Shown: positions 44,731 through 55,274, counted from the first letter of the stretch. The stretch is DNA of 64,000 nucleotides from an uncultured Methanomicrobiales archaeon (GCA_963758935.1 CAVWXD010000002.1:82461-146460), one strand, 5' to 3'. Program-made: numbers and translations. Notes: generated by a model not told the origin, from the letters alone.

Positions 44731-47700
44731 CGTACACCCGGCTGTTTCGCCGGTGCCCCGGGAGTGACATCCTCCATGGCAAGCAGGATCAGCCGTATCC
44801 CGCCCGTTTCGCCCTGGATCCGGCGGCCGTTCAGCAGCATCCGGTGCCTGCCGATGCCGGGGAACTCATCGTCAACTTCGACGTCTTCAAAACTGGTGTT
44901 CTTCGGAAGGACGGTCTCCAGCAGTTCACGGAGCCGGGGGATATCCCACTGCCGGTTCCCGAGCTCGAAGAGGACACGGCCGACCGTTTCTTCCGGCGAG
45001 GTGTGGAAGGTTGAGTAGAATGACCGGCTGGCAGAGACCACCTTGTATTCAGCGTCGAGCACGATGCAGCGGTTCCCGGATCGTATCGATGACGTTCTCC
45101 GCAAGCTCCCGGGTATGCTTTGCCTCGCGTTCCAGGGATTTGAGCGAGGTGATATCGGTAAAGGTGATCACAACGCCCTCGATGACGTTTTCGAGCGTGC
45201 GGTATGGCGTGAGCCGGGCAAGGTACCACAGGTTCTCCGCCGTCATTACCTCTTTCTCCCGGGGGACCATGGTATCGAGCACTTCCTGTGCATCGGCTAC
45301 GATATCCCCGGTGACGATGCTTGACTTGATATCGGCGAGCGGGCGGCCTGCATCGGGCGGGACCAGCCGGAAGACCCGTGCCGCCTCCCGGGTGAACCGC
45401 TTGATCGCGAGGTTCTCGTCCAGGAATATCGTGCCGATACTGGTCGAGTCGAGCAGGTTCTTCATGTCGTTCTGGATATCGGTGAGCTGCTCGATCTTCG
45501 CCTGCAGCTCTGCATTGACGGTCACGATCTCCTCGTTGACCGACTGGAGTTCCTCTTTCGAGGTTTCGAGTTCCTCGTTGGTCGACTGCAGTTCCTCGTT
45601 CGTGGACTGCAGTTCCTCGTTGGTGGACTTGAGCTCCTCGTTGCTCGCCTGCGTCCCGATGATAGTCGCCTGCAGGTTCTCCCGGGTATAGAGGAGCTCC
45701 TGTTCGAGCTCCTGCCACCCGTTTTGCCTGTCCCTTCTTGTCCGGTTCCGTGTACCTGGGGCTCTCTCCCGGTTTCTTCGCGGCGGTGTCCTGGAAACTG
45801 ACGATGAGCAGGTTCTTTGCGCTGCCCGGATCGGTGAGGGGCCGGACAGTGATATCGACCGGGTGCATCCCGCCATTGGTCCTGACCGGCAGGTTTTTGA
45901 TCGCGATACTGGCTCTTCTGTTTTACGGCGTTCCGGACTGCCTTCCTGCAGTTCGAGCTGCAACCCTTCCCGGGCCATCTCGATGATGTTTAGGCTCGCG
46001 GCCCCGGGAGCGGGCCGGAGATACTTCCCGGTGTCCCCGTGCACGTAGAGGGTGTTGCCTTCCTCATCGGTGATGACGGAGGGAGGAGCATAGGATTCGA
46101 GCAGAATTCCCCGGGTGAGCTCGACAAAGTTTGTCTCGTGGGGTTTTACGGCAGGATCGGGCAGGCCCTTTCCTGCGGGGGTTGTCACCGGGGAGTACGT
46201 GTATGCCCCGGCGCTGCGGGGGGAAAGTGAATACCGGGAGGTGTAGAACTTCCATTTCCGGTCAAGGGGCGAGAAGAGGTCGGTGAACTTCCCGATGCTC
46301 TCCGACGGGCTGAGGAAGAGGACGCCTCCCGGGTTCAGGGCATAGTGGAAGACGGGCAACAGCCGGTCCTGCAGTTCAGGCTCGAAATAGATCAGCAGGT
46401 TGCGGCAGGTGAGCAGGTCGAGCCGGGTGAACGGCGGGTCCTTGATCACGTCCTGGACGGCGAAGACCACCATCTCCCGGATCTCTTTTTTATCCGGAAG
46501 CCGTTCTCCTCTTTTGAGAAGAACCGCCGGAGCCGTTCGGGGGAGACGTCGATAGCGATGTTCGCCGGGTAGACCCCGCCCCGGGCGACCGCGATCACAT
46601 CTTCGTCGATGTCCGTGCTGTAGATCTGGACCTTGAACGCGTGCCGGGCCGGGTCCATGCACTCCCGGAAGGTCATGGCAATGGAGTAGGCTTCTTCACC
46701 GGTTGCGCACCCGGCTACCCATACCCGGAAGACGTAGTCATCTGCCTTGTTCTTCAGGAGCGACGGGATGACATCGGCTTTGAGGGCTTCGAATGCTTCG
46801 GGTCCCGGAAGAAGCTGGTCACGTTGATTAACAGTTCCTTGAAGAGGTTGTGGATTTCGGAGGGGTTTTCGGAGAGATACCGGGTATAGGCGTCAACGTC
46901 CTCAAGGTTGTGCATGCCCATCCGGCGCTCGATACGGCGGCGGATCGTGTTCTGCTTATAGAGAGAGAAATCGTGGCCGGTCTTTGACCGGAGGAGCATG
47001 AGGATCTTCGCAAACGGCTGCTTTCCTTCAAGGGCGGGAAGGGGGAAGGGGATCTTCCGTATGTTATAATTCCTCGTGTACCCCGCGATCTCCTTGTACA
47101 TCCCTCCTACGGGCAGCACGTAGGTCGCAAGCCCGTTCTGGATCGCGCTCGTCGGCATCCCGTCGTATTTTGCCGTTGCCGGGTCCTGGACAAAAGAGAC
47201 CCCGCCGACTCCCGTTACCGCCCGGAGACCGAGCGTGCCATCGGTCCCGCTGCCCGAGAGGATGACGGCTATTGCCTTTTCGCCTACATCTTCGGCAAGT
47301 GACCGGAGGAAGGTATCGATGGGCATCCTCATCCCCCGCGCCTGGGGGGACGCTCAGCTGGAGGACGCCGTGGAAGATGGTCATCTCCCGGTTGGGTGGG
47401 ATGAGATAGACATGGTCCGGTTCGACCGGCATCTGGTTTTCGGCCTCGGTTACCTTGATCGTCGTGATCCGCTGGAGGATCTCCCCGAGCATGCTTGCAT
47501 GGCTCGGGTCGAGGTGGGAGACGAGAATGAACGCCATGCCGCTTTCTGCCGGGACACTTTTGAAGAAGAGCTCGAAGGCTTCGAGCCCCCCGGCCGAAGC
47601 CCCGATCCCGATGATGGGGAAACCGGCTTTTGTTTCATCAGCTTGTGCCGCCGGTGCCGGTTTCCGGGGTGCCCGGACTTTGGGTTGTGCGGCTTTTGCT

Positions 47701-47738
47701 TTTGTCGTAGTATTTTTCCGCGTTGATTCTGCTGCCAT
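44721..47738 (-). CDS. CheB-CheR fusion with coiled coil and PAS domains (MAC1-like), ~6 frameshifts
   Basis: CheB GASAGG, SHL, GTDG; CheR GCATGEEAYS, STDID, CRNLLIYF; NEELQST heptads; PAS_10-like FT......F.L...D.GRPL.DI. Confidence 0.88.
45532..45642 (-). repeat. 21-nt coding tandem repeat (NEELQST heptads)
   Basis: GACTGCAGTTCCTCGTT-type units repeated ~5-6 times. Confidence 0.85.
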
Positions 47739-48106
47739 GATTGAACCTGACCCTGCATCCGGGGATGACGAATTGTTGAGAGGATCTACAATTTTCCGGG
47801 GCCTTTTGTTTTACCTTTCACGTTGTCAATAAGGAGATTTCTCCCCGGGTACCGGGAGTTTGCCTGTGGCAAATATTGTTTTCCGGGATATTAATATGTC
47901 CGAAAAAAAGGCGGTGGGAAAGGCCGGGAGACGCCAACCGGATTGTTGGACCAATGCAAATCCCCTACTACCACAGCACATCTCAAAGGATATTTAAATT
48001 TTAAAACCGGCGGGGTGGGAGGAGAGGGGGGCTCTTCTGAAAATCCGGAGCGGGGGTGCACCGGGAAGCCGGGGGGATGGGGTGAGGGGAAAGTTTGCAC
48101 AAGGTG

Positions 48107-48345
48107 CCCTCACCGACGAGGAACCCGGGGGATTCCCGAGGTATACCCATCAGAGGCCATTTCTGCCTCCGAGTCCTCGATTTTTGAGACAAAACCACGG
48201 TATTCAGCCAAAAAACCACGGTGTAGTTTTGGGAAACGCTAAATTTGGCTTCCGACCGGGGGGAATGTGTTGTTTCCAGGGCCGGAAATCACGGGCTGCT
48301 GCAGGGCTGCAAGCGTTGGATCTAAAAAAACAGGGACTGGTGGCT
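48107..48345. repeat. ~240-bp dispersed repeat, copy 1
   Basis: Colinear with 54630-54866; identical core CCCATCAGAGGCCATTTCTGCCTCCG. Confidence 0.82.
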
Positions 48346-48500
48346 GGCTTCTATGGGTTCAAGTGGATGTGTTTTCAACGTTCTGGACGGAGTTGTTCAA
48401 AATCTCACCGAAATCACCGCTGATGACAGAGCTTCCCCGGTATGAATACGGTTCGTTCGCACTCAAACTTGAAAATCGGTGAATATTTTTCCAACCGTTT

Positions 48501-48583
48501 ATGATCCCGCCGCGGGGCGCCCTTCGGGGCGGCGGGCGCTCATCGCATCAGGGGGATGGGGGTCTCAACCCCCATAATTCGAT
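48501..48583. repeat. Repeat family A, copy 5 (inverted)
   Basis: GATCCCGCCGCGGGGCGCCCTTCGGGGCGGCGGGCGCTCATCGC..GGGGGATGGGGGTCTCAACCCCCATAATTCGAT. Confidence 0.82.
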
Positions 48584-48589
48584 CCCGTA

Positions 48590-48987
48590 CCGCATCCCGT
48601 TGCCATCCGGAACTGCCCGGCCTCGGGCCTATCCGAGAGCCCGTCGATGTCGTTGTCCGGGTCGGAGTAAACGGTGTGATAATAATTACCCTTGCTGTCG
48701 TAGAACCATCTGATCCCGATCGAATCCGGAAGACCGTCGTGGTCGGTGTCGGGGTCATTGACGTACGAGGGGACGTACGTTTGGGTCCCCATCGCTGTCG
48801 TTGTAAAAATCGGCATTGTTCCAAACCCCGATTGACCCCTTGGTGTGAGCAAACACGGGGGACATTGCCGGAGCCACGAGGCCTGATATGGGTGTGAGCC
48901 ATCGCCATAATTCACCCACACACCGGGATTGGTGCCGTAATTTGACCAGGCGGAGATAGAAACTACTGTTCCGTCAGCACCGGGCAA
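48590..48987 (-). pseudogene. Remnant of a secreted protein with Asp-rich Ca-binding repeats
   Basis: DPDTDHDGLPD and DPDNDIDGLSD motifs; no signal peptide or convincing start; runs into a family A repeat. Confidence 0.5.
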
Positions 48988-49030
48988 AGGACACGATACC
49001 TTCAGGCAAAAATGATTTTTCTTCGGGCAG

Positions 49031-50392
49031 TTACTTTGCCTTTGTCTTCGGCGGCCCGAACCGGATCACAAATTCCGTCCCGTTCTCCCTCCTGACGGCG
49101 ACCGTTGCCCTCAGCTGGTGGCGGGCGAGGAAGTTGACGAGCTTCAGGCCGAGGGTCTGCGTGGTCTTTGGATCAACTCCTTCGGGGAGACCGACACCAT
49201 TGTCCGAGACATTCAGCTCGTACAGTTCACCGTCTTTTTTCATGGCAACCCTGATCGTACAGGGCTCCTTACGGGATTCCCTGCATGCCGCTGATTCCGG
49301 GAAAGCATACTTGAACGCGTTCGTGAGAAGCTCGTTGATGATGAGGCCGCATGGAGTGGCACGGGCGATGTCGATGGTCGCTCCTTCTGCTTCCACAACC
49401 ATCCTGATCCGGTCCGAGCCCTGGTAGGAGGCTGCGATCTGGTTCACGAGCGCCGGGAGGTAGATACCCATGTCCACCTGCGAGTACTTCTTTGTCCTGT
49501 ACAGGGTCTCGTGGATGAGCGCCATGCTCCGGGCACGGTTCTGGAGATCTTTTTTGAGGGCGACGCCGGCTGATGTTTCGCTGATCGGGCTGTCAAGGCT
49601 CAGGAGCGATATGAAGGCGGTGAGATTGTTCTTGACCCGGTGGTGAATCTCGGAGAGGAGCACTTCCTTCTCATCGAGCGCCTCCTTGAGCTCAGTTTCC
49701 CGGGCGGACAGTTCCGCGACAGTGTTCCGCAACTGATCCTGCCCCTCTGCTATGGTATCGTAGGCGGCGCTCATCTCGTCAAATTCCTGGCTCCGCCGGG
49801 CAAGTCTCTTCTCCGCAACGATGCGATCGGTGATGTCGCTCACGGCCATGCGGATGACGGGATCCGCCCCGTCGCGATCGAGCCGTATGCTTTCGAGCCT
49901 CGTGCTGATCATCGAACCATCCGTTTTCCTAAGGTTGAGCTCGCAGACTTTCCTTTCGTGGTCACGGAGGACGCTCATGAAATACCGGTCCCACCAGTCG
50001 AGACAATCCTCCGCTATGAATTTCCGTATCCGTTCTTTGACGAGCTTCCCCCGATCCATGCCGAGAAGAGTTGCAGCGGTGAGGTTTGCTTCGGCGATCA
50101 CCGCATTTTTCGTGAGGGTCAGGTACCCGACAGGAGCAAAGTCATAGAGGTCGGCATACCTGTCCCGGGATTCCTCGATGACGTGCTGCAGTTCCCTGAG
50201 CGCCTCGTTCTGCATCTCCAGTTCTATCTGGTGCACCTGCAGCTGGTGCAGGACCTGGTCAGGAGTCCGGGTTATAAAATCCGGGGGGGGTGATCCGGGT
50301 TTTGACCCGCGCTGTGCGAGACGGGCTTTTGCTTCTTCCCGCATTTGTTTCCGGATTTCTTCTTCAGTCTTTGCAGGAGTATTTGCTTTCAT
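49031..50392 (-). CDS. PAS-HisKA_2 histidine kinase
   Basis: LQVHQIELEMQNE, YDFAPVGY, EIHHRVKNN, NELLTNAFKYAF, DNGVG. Confidence 0.92.
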   Translation of the reverse strand: MKANTPAKTEEEIRKQMREEAKARLAQRGSKPGSPPPDFITRTPDQVLHQLQVHQIELEMQNEALRELQHVIEESRDRYADLYDFAPVGYLTLTKNAVIAEANLTAATLLGMDRGKLVKERIRKFIAEDCLDWWDRYFMSVLRDHERKVCELNLRKTDGSMISTRLESIRLDRDGADPVIRMAVSDITDRIVAEKRLARRSQEFDEMSAAYDTIAEGQDQLRNTVAELSARETELKEALDEKEVLLSEIHHRVKNNLTAFISLLSLDSPISETSAGVALKKDLQNRARSMALIHETLYRTKKYSQVDMGIYLPALVNQIAASYQGSDRIRMVVEAEGATIDIARATPCGLIINELLTNAFKYAFPESAACRESRKEPCTIRVAMKKDGELYELNVSDNGVGLPEGVDPKTTQTLGLKLVNFLARHQLRATVAVRRENGTEFVIRFGPPKTKAK

Positions 50393-50676
50393 TCCGGCGT
50401 ATCTCTTATCAAATCCGCGATGCCTCATGCCCGGGAAAACAAAACCCGGGACACGGGATACATGCCTTCCGCAAATTATTTTCGTCCGTAAAAATGACAC
50501 TACGGCTGCATAATTTTGTGACTATTATATAGTTGCACTACGAAGCAGAGTGGGCTCTTAAGGTTATAAATATTGTGGATTTCCCGCGCTTGAGCATAAT
50601 GGTAAGAACGTCCCGGGAAGATTTCTCACTTTAGGCAACAATCAAAAAACCGCCGGGAGAGTTAAATCTCACGTAA

Positions 50677-53600
50677 TTATGCCTTAAACCGGAACACGAA
50701 TTCCGTACCACACGCAACGTGAACGTCGATCTTCGCCCGGAGCTGGTGACGGGCAAGGAAGTTGACAAGTTTGAGGCCAAGGGACTTCGTCGTCGTTATG
50801 TCAAGGCCTTCGGGGAGCCCGATACCATTGTCCCGGAAGGTAAGATCGTACATGCCGCTATCCTTGGAAAGAGAGATGGTGATAGTGGGCGGTGCGTCCC
50901 TTTCCGTATGTGAATCGAACGATTCGGGGAACGCGTACTTGAACGAGTTCGTGATGAGCTCGTTGATGATGAGGCCGGCAGGGGTCGCACGGGGAATGTC
51001 GAGCATGACGCCGTGAGCATCGACGACCGTCTTTACTGAGCGTGTCGTCTGGAACGAGTTTGCGACCTGATCGGTGAGTGTTGTAAGGTACAGTTCCATG
51101 TCGACCTCGTCGTACATGTTCGTCCTGTACAGTGTCTCGTGGACGAGGGCCATGCTCCGGGCCCGGTTCTGGAGGTCCTGCTTGAGCAGCTTTCCGGCCG
51201 GGGAATCTTCGGTCGACCCTTCAAGGCTGAGCAGGGAGATGAACGCGGTCAGGTTGTTCTTGACCCGGTGGTGGATCTCGGAGAGGAGAACTTCTTTTTC
51301 GACGAGCGCCTTGTTGAGATCGTGTTCCCTCTGGGTGAGCTCGTCGATATTCTGCCGGAGTTCTTCCTGCGTCGCGGTGATCTCCTCGTAGGCTGCGTTG
51401 AGGTCTTCGTGCCGTCGCTTCAGTTCCTCTTCCGCTTTCTTGTTCTCGGTTATATCTCTCGCTACCGATACCGACCCGATAATATTCCCGCCGGCATCTC
51501 GTACAGGAGAGGCACTTACCTGCCGGTAGCGCAGCTCCCCCGTTCGTGGGGTGCGGACGAGCTCCACATCATTTCTGACGACTTCCCCCATGAGGGCACG
51601 GAGCGGGGGGGCTTCTTCAACAGGACGGGGGGTCCCATTGGCCCGGTATACTTCGAGACTCTTAGTAAATTCCTCGACATCCTGCTCGGCTATCGAAGTC
51701 ACGCCGAATTCTTTGAGGGCAGCCGGGTTTGCGAGCGTGAATCTCTTCTGCGTGTCGGCAAACCAGATCTCGTCCCGGATGCTTCCCACGAGAGCGGATA
51801 ACCGGTCTTTCTCTTCCTGGACATTGGCGTATAATTTTTTTGTCTCTTCTTCTGCGTTTTTGCGTGCGGTTATGTCGACATTGGACTCGAGGATTTCCTT
51901 ACGTTGGTCAGGACCCTCCCGCATCACCCACCTGCTCTGGACAATGACCTTCCTCCCGTCCCTGCACGTGTGAACGAGTTCGCCGCTCCAGCGACCTTCA
52001 CGGGTAAGGAGCTGTTCGATCTCTTCCAGAGGTTGCGGGAATACGGTTCCAAGCAGTGCGTGGGACTGCTGGCCGACTGAATCGTTCCCCGTCCAGCCGT
52101 ATAACGATTCCGCACCTTTACTCCAGAAGGAGATTATTCCCCTTGGATCGCGGACCATGACAGCATCAGGTGAAAGGTCTATCAGCTCTGCCTGGCGGAT
52201 GAGGGTCGATTCAGCCCGTTTCCGGTCACTGAGATCAATAGATGCCGCGAGAATGGCATCAGTATTAAGGAACCGGACAGCACGGAGAGAGACGTTGATC
52301 CAGAACGGTGTCCCGTCCTTCCTTTTGACCCGGACCTCGTAGTTCTCAACGTACCCATTATCCCTGAAAATTCCAAGAACCCTCTCGCGGTCAGCGGGAT
52401 CGAAATAGAGATCCGGCGTTTTGTGACCGGTAAATTCACCCGGGGCAAATCCGAACGCCCGGTCGTACTCCGGATTCGAGTAGAGAAGTCCGCCATCAGA
52501 CTTCCGGGCTATAGAGAGCTGGACAGGGGAAATTTCTGCAATTGTCCGGAACCTCTCTTCACTCTCGCGAAGGCCCTTTTCAGCATTCGTCAGCTCATCG
52601 AGATTCTGCCTGAGTTCTTCCTGGGTCGCGGTGAGCTCTTCGTTCAGGACATTGAGCTCATCATTTTTCTCCATCAGGCTGCGTTCGTGCCCGATGAGGT
52701 CGTCATTGGTCTGGCGGAGCTCTTCCTGTGTCGCAGTGAGTTCCTCATTCATTGCCCCGAGGTCTTCATTTTTCCGGACCAGTTCCGTTTCAGCCTTATC
52801 GAGCGCGCTTCCGATCTTCCCGGAAACCCGGCTCACAACGCCAGCAGTTGCAAGGATAAAAACGACAATGATCGTCGATAGCAATACCGCATCTCGCACA
52901 TTGAACCATGATGACAATCCTACGAACACGATATTTTCAACAAGCGCAACGGCGGCAACGAGGGGAACGAATTCCCTGAGGAGCCTGGCCCGGGTCGAGT
53001 TGCCGATCATGTACCTGATCGGGAAAGCCAGAGGCCCGGCTGCGGCGATGAGGGTCAGCCCGATGAAGAAAGCTGCAAGGGCAGACAGGAATGCTATGGG
53101 AATGTACGATGTCCCGTACAGGAGCGGGTTGCCATACACATAACTCAGGACGAAGGTAAAACTAACGAGAGAGATTGCCGCGCCGAGGATGCTGACCGCA
53201 TGCCGTCCCCGCAGGGGTCTTTCTACCTTACCGGATCCCCGGATGAACAGGAGAGTTGCGATGGCTGCTGTCACCGCGAGGGCAGCAGCGACCGGGGAGA
53301 TCGGCGACGATGACGGCCCGAGTATCGCGGTCCCGGCCCGGACAAACAGTGACTCGGTAACAAAGTGACTGCCCTGCACGCTGAAAAAAAACTCGAACGC
53401 TGAACCGGCAGCAACAATCAGAAGGAAAAACTGCAGGAACAGGCCGGTGAGCCATTTCAAAGGTCGTACTGACAGGTACGCGAGCAACACTCCGAGGAAG
53501 ATCCAGAGGAGTGCGGCACTGAAGGCGATCATCTTGTTGTTTATCGTGCCGGTCAGGGAGATCCCGACAGCAGCGCTGAGGAGCCCGATGATACTGGTCG

Positions 53601-53766
53601 CGGCCCCAAGAGCGCCAAACGTAATCGTGAGTCGCTGGAAAAGTGCCTGATCCACCGGGGTGCCGGCCTCACGGCCATGGTGCATGTTCTGGGGTGAGCC
53701 GGAATCAGGGGTCAATGGATCATCCTGCCGTGAAACTGAAAATGCATCGGATGTAAAATAATGCAC
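50677..53766 (-). CDS. Membrane-bound multi-PAS HisKA_2 histidine kinase (start may be 53685)
   Basis: ~8 TM helices, coiled coil, three PAS/PAC domains, EIHHRVKNN, DNGIG. Confidence 0.92.
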   Translation of the reverse strand: MHYFTSDAFSVSRQDDPLTPDSGSPQNMHHGREAGTPVDQALFQRLTITFGALGAATSIIGLLSAAVGISLTGTINNKMIAFSAALLWIFLGVLLAYLSVRPLKWLTGLFLQFFLLIVAAGSAFEFFFSVQGSHFVTESLFVRAGTAILGPSSSPISPVAAALAVTAAIATLLFIRGSGKVERPLRGRHAVSILGAAISLVSFTFVLSYVYGNPLLYGTSYIPIAFLSALAAFFIGLTLIAAAGPLAFPIRYMIGNSTRARLLREFVPLVAAVALVENIVFVGLSSWFNVRDAVLLSTIIVVFILATAGVVSRVSGKIGSALDKAETELVRKNEDLGAMNEELTATQEELRQTNDDLIGHERSLMEKNDELNVLNEELTATQEELRQNLDELTNAEKGLRESEERFRTIAEISPVQLSIARKSDGGLLYSNPEYDRAFGFAPGEFTGHKTPDLYFDPADRERVLGIFRDNGYVENYEVRVKRKDGTPFWINVSLRAVRFLNTDAILAASIDLSDRKRAESTLIRQAELIDLSPDAVMVRDPRGIISFWSKGAESLYGWTGNDSVGQQSHALLGTVFPQPLEEIEQLLTREGRWSGELVHTCRDGRKVIVQSRWVMREGPDQRKEILESNVDITARKNAEEETKKLYANVQEEKDRLSALVGSIRDEIWFADTQKRFTLANPAALKEFGVTSIAEQDVEEFTKSLEVYRANGTPRPVEEAPPLRALMGEVVRNDVELVRTPRTGELRYRQVSASPVRDAGGNIIGSVSVARDITENKKAEEELKRRHEDLNAAYEEITATQEELRQNIDELTQREHDLNKALVEKEVLLSEIHHRVKNNLTAFISLLSLEGSTEDSPAGKLLKQDLQNRARSMALVHETLYRTNMYDEVDMELYLTTLTDQVANSFQTTRSVKTVVDAHGVMLDIPRATPAGLIINELITNSFKYAFPESFDSHTERDAPPTITISLSKDSGMYDLTFRDNGIGLPEGLDITTTKSLGLKLVNFLARHQLRAKIDVHVACGTEFVFRFKA

Positions 53767-53934
53767 AGGAACCGGTTAATAAATATTCGGATGCAATTCT
53801 GCGCGCAGGGAAAATGGAGCCCTTCATGAAAAGCAGCCAGGCCACAGGTTCTTTAGACAAACTCAGGTCAGATTTACTGGATCTCTGCCGGGACAATCAG
53901 GGAAAACCGGCCATACCTGAGCGTAATTTTTTGA

Positions 53935-54384
53935 TCATTCGTCCGTTTGCCAGGAGGTGTCAATACACGGTTTTTCCCCGGTCCTCGCGGATCCCTTCCG
54001 GGCCTGTGCATCAATGACCTGCGAGATCGCTGCGAGGAGCTTTTCAGGAGTTGACGGTTTGACGAGATGGCCTTCGGGAGCGAGTTCCTTCAGCCGTCTC
54101 CCGGTACTGCCGTCATCGCAGGCGGTCAGGATAATTACAGGTATCGGGTACTGCTCGCGGATCCGGTGGGCAGCTTCGATGCCATCGATCTTCCCGGCAA
54201 GGTGGACATCCATCAGGACAAGATGGGGGCGCGGGTTTTCCCCGCAGCGTTGAACCGCTTCTTCCCCGGTCGGTACCGGTTCGATGACCCGGTACCCGTT
54301 CTTTGCCAGGAACTCCATCATCTCGAGGGCGATGAGACCTTCATCTTCAACGATAAGGATGACCGGCTCCGACCGTTGGTTCAC
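53935..54384 (-). CDS. Stand-alone receiver-domain response regulator
   Basis: ILIVEDE, VLMDVHL.G..DG, LTA, KP. Confidence 0.92.
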   Translation of the reverse strand: MNQRSEPVILIVEDEGLIALEMMEFLAKNGYRVIEPVPTGEEAVQRCGENPRPHLVLMDVHLAGKIDGIEAAHRIREQYPIPVIILTACDDGSTGRRLKELAPEGHLVKPSTPEKLLAAISQVIDAQARKGSARTGEKPCIDTSWQTDE

Positions 54385-54629
54385 CTGTTATTTTTAGGGA
54401 TGAAAATATTAAGGGATAACTATTGTGACAAGGAGGATGGGAATATCAGATAAAGTTATACAGAGGTATTGGTTTTCCCCGGTGCCGAACCTGCAATGAG
54501 TCGCGCGTTATTTCAGAGGAGGTAAAGCCACTGAGGAATAATTATCGTGCAAATCTGCCCTGCAAGCCCTTACCCGGCTGGGGTAACCTCGTGCACCCCG
54601 GATATTCCCTCTCCCACAGAACCGGAATT

Positions 54630-54866
54630 CCCTCACCGACGGGGAAAGGGGTGGGTTTCTGAGATACGCCCATCAGAGGCCATTTCTGCCTCCGTTACCC
54701 CCATTTTTGGGATCAAACCACGGTGTTCTGTCAAAAAATCACGGGGTAGTTTTGGAAAACGCCTGATTTAGCCCCTGACTGGCGGGAATATGGCTATTCC
54801 GTGCCCCGGTAGAACGGGCGGCAGCAGGGCTGCAGCGAAGGATCGGAAAAAACACGGGCTGGTGGC
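54630..54866. repeat. ~240-bp dispersed repeat, copy 2
   Basis: Colinear with 48107-48345, same strand. Confidence 0.82.
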
Positions 54867-55274
54867 CATAAACCAGGGAAGCCAAGGATCTGATTCCGGA
54901 AGATTTCCGGGAAGATCCCCGTTTTGGATACGGTACTTCAGCCCGGATCGGGGCAGCCGCTGGAGCCGGAGCATCGCGACAAGCCAGGGGGGTATCCCTG
55001 CCAACAGGACAATCCCGTGAAACAGCGGGTGATGTGATAGCCGAGCCGGAGTATCAGCGAGGACTACTGAACATGACAGAAGCGTCTCATGCTTAACCAG
55101 TCACAATGGTTCCCGCCCTCGGTCGGTGGGCGGGACTCCAGGGTGGGCGGTCCGGGAGAAAAGGAATCAAAGGAATACTATATTTTCGCCCGGACACAAA
55201 TGGTGTTGCTAGAGACAATTGTTGACGTTTGTCACAATTACCGGAATTCCAAAAGGAAACCGGTGGAGCGGATT

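Noticed and set aside
45532-45642. 21-nt tandem repeat as a CRISPR or VNTR
   Set aside because: It encodes the NEELQST coiled coil of the CheB-CheR fusion.
31200-47970. Integrated element at tRNA-Lys with an att copy near 47957 (CAAATCCC)
   Set aside because: Only an 8-bp match and no integrase in the window.
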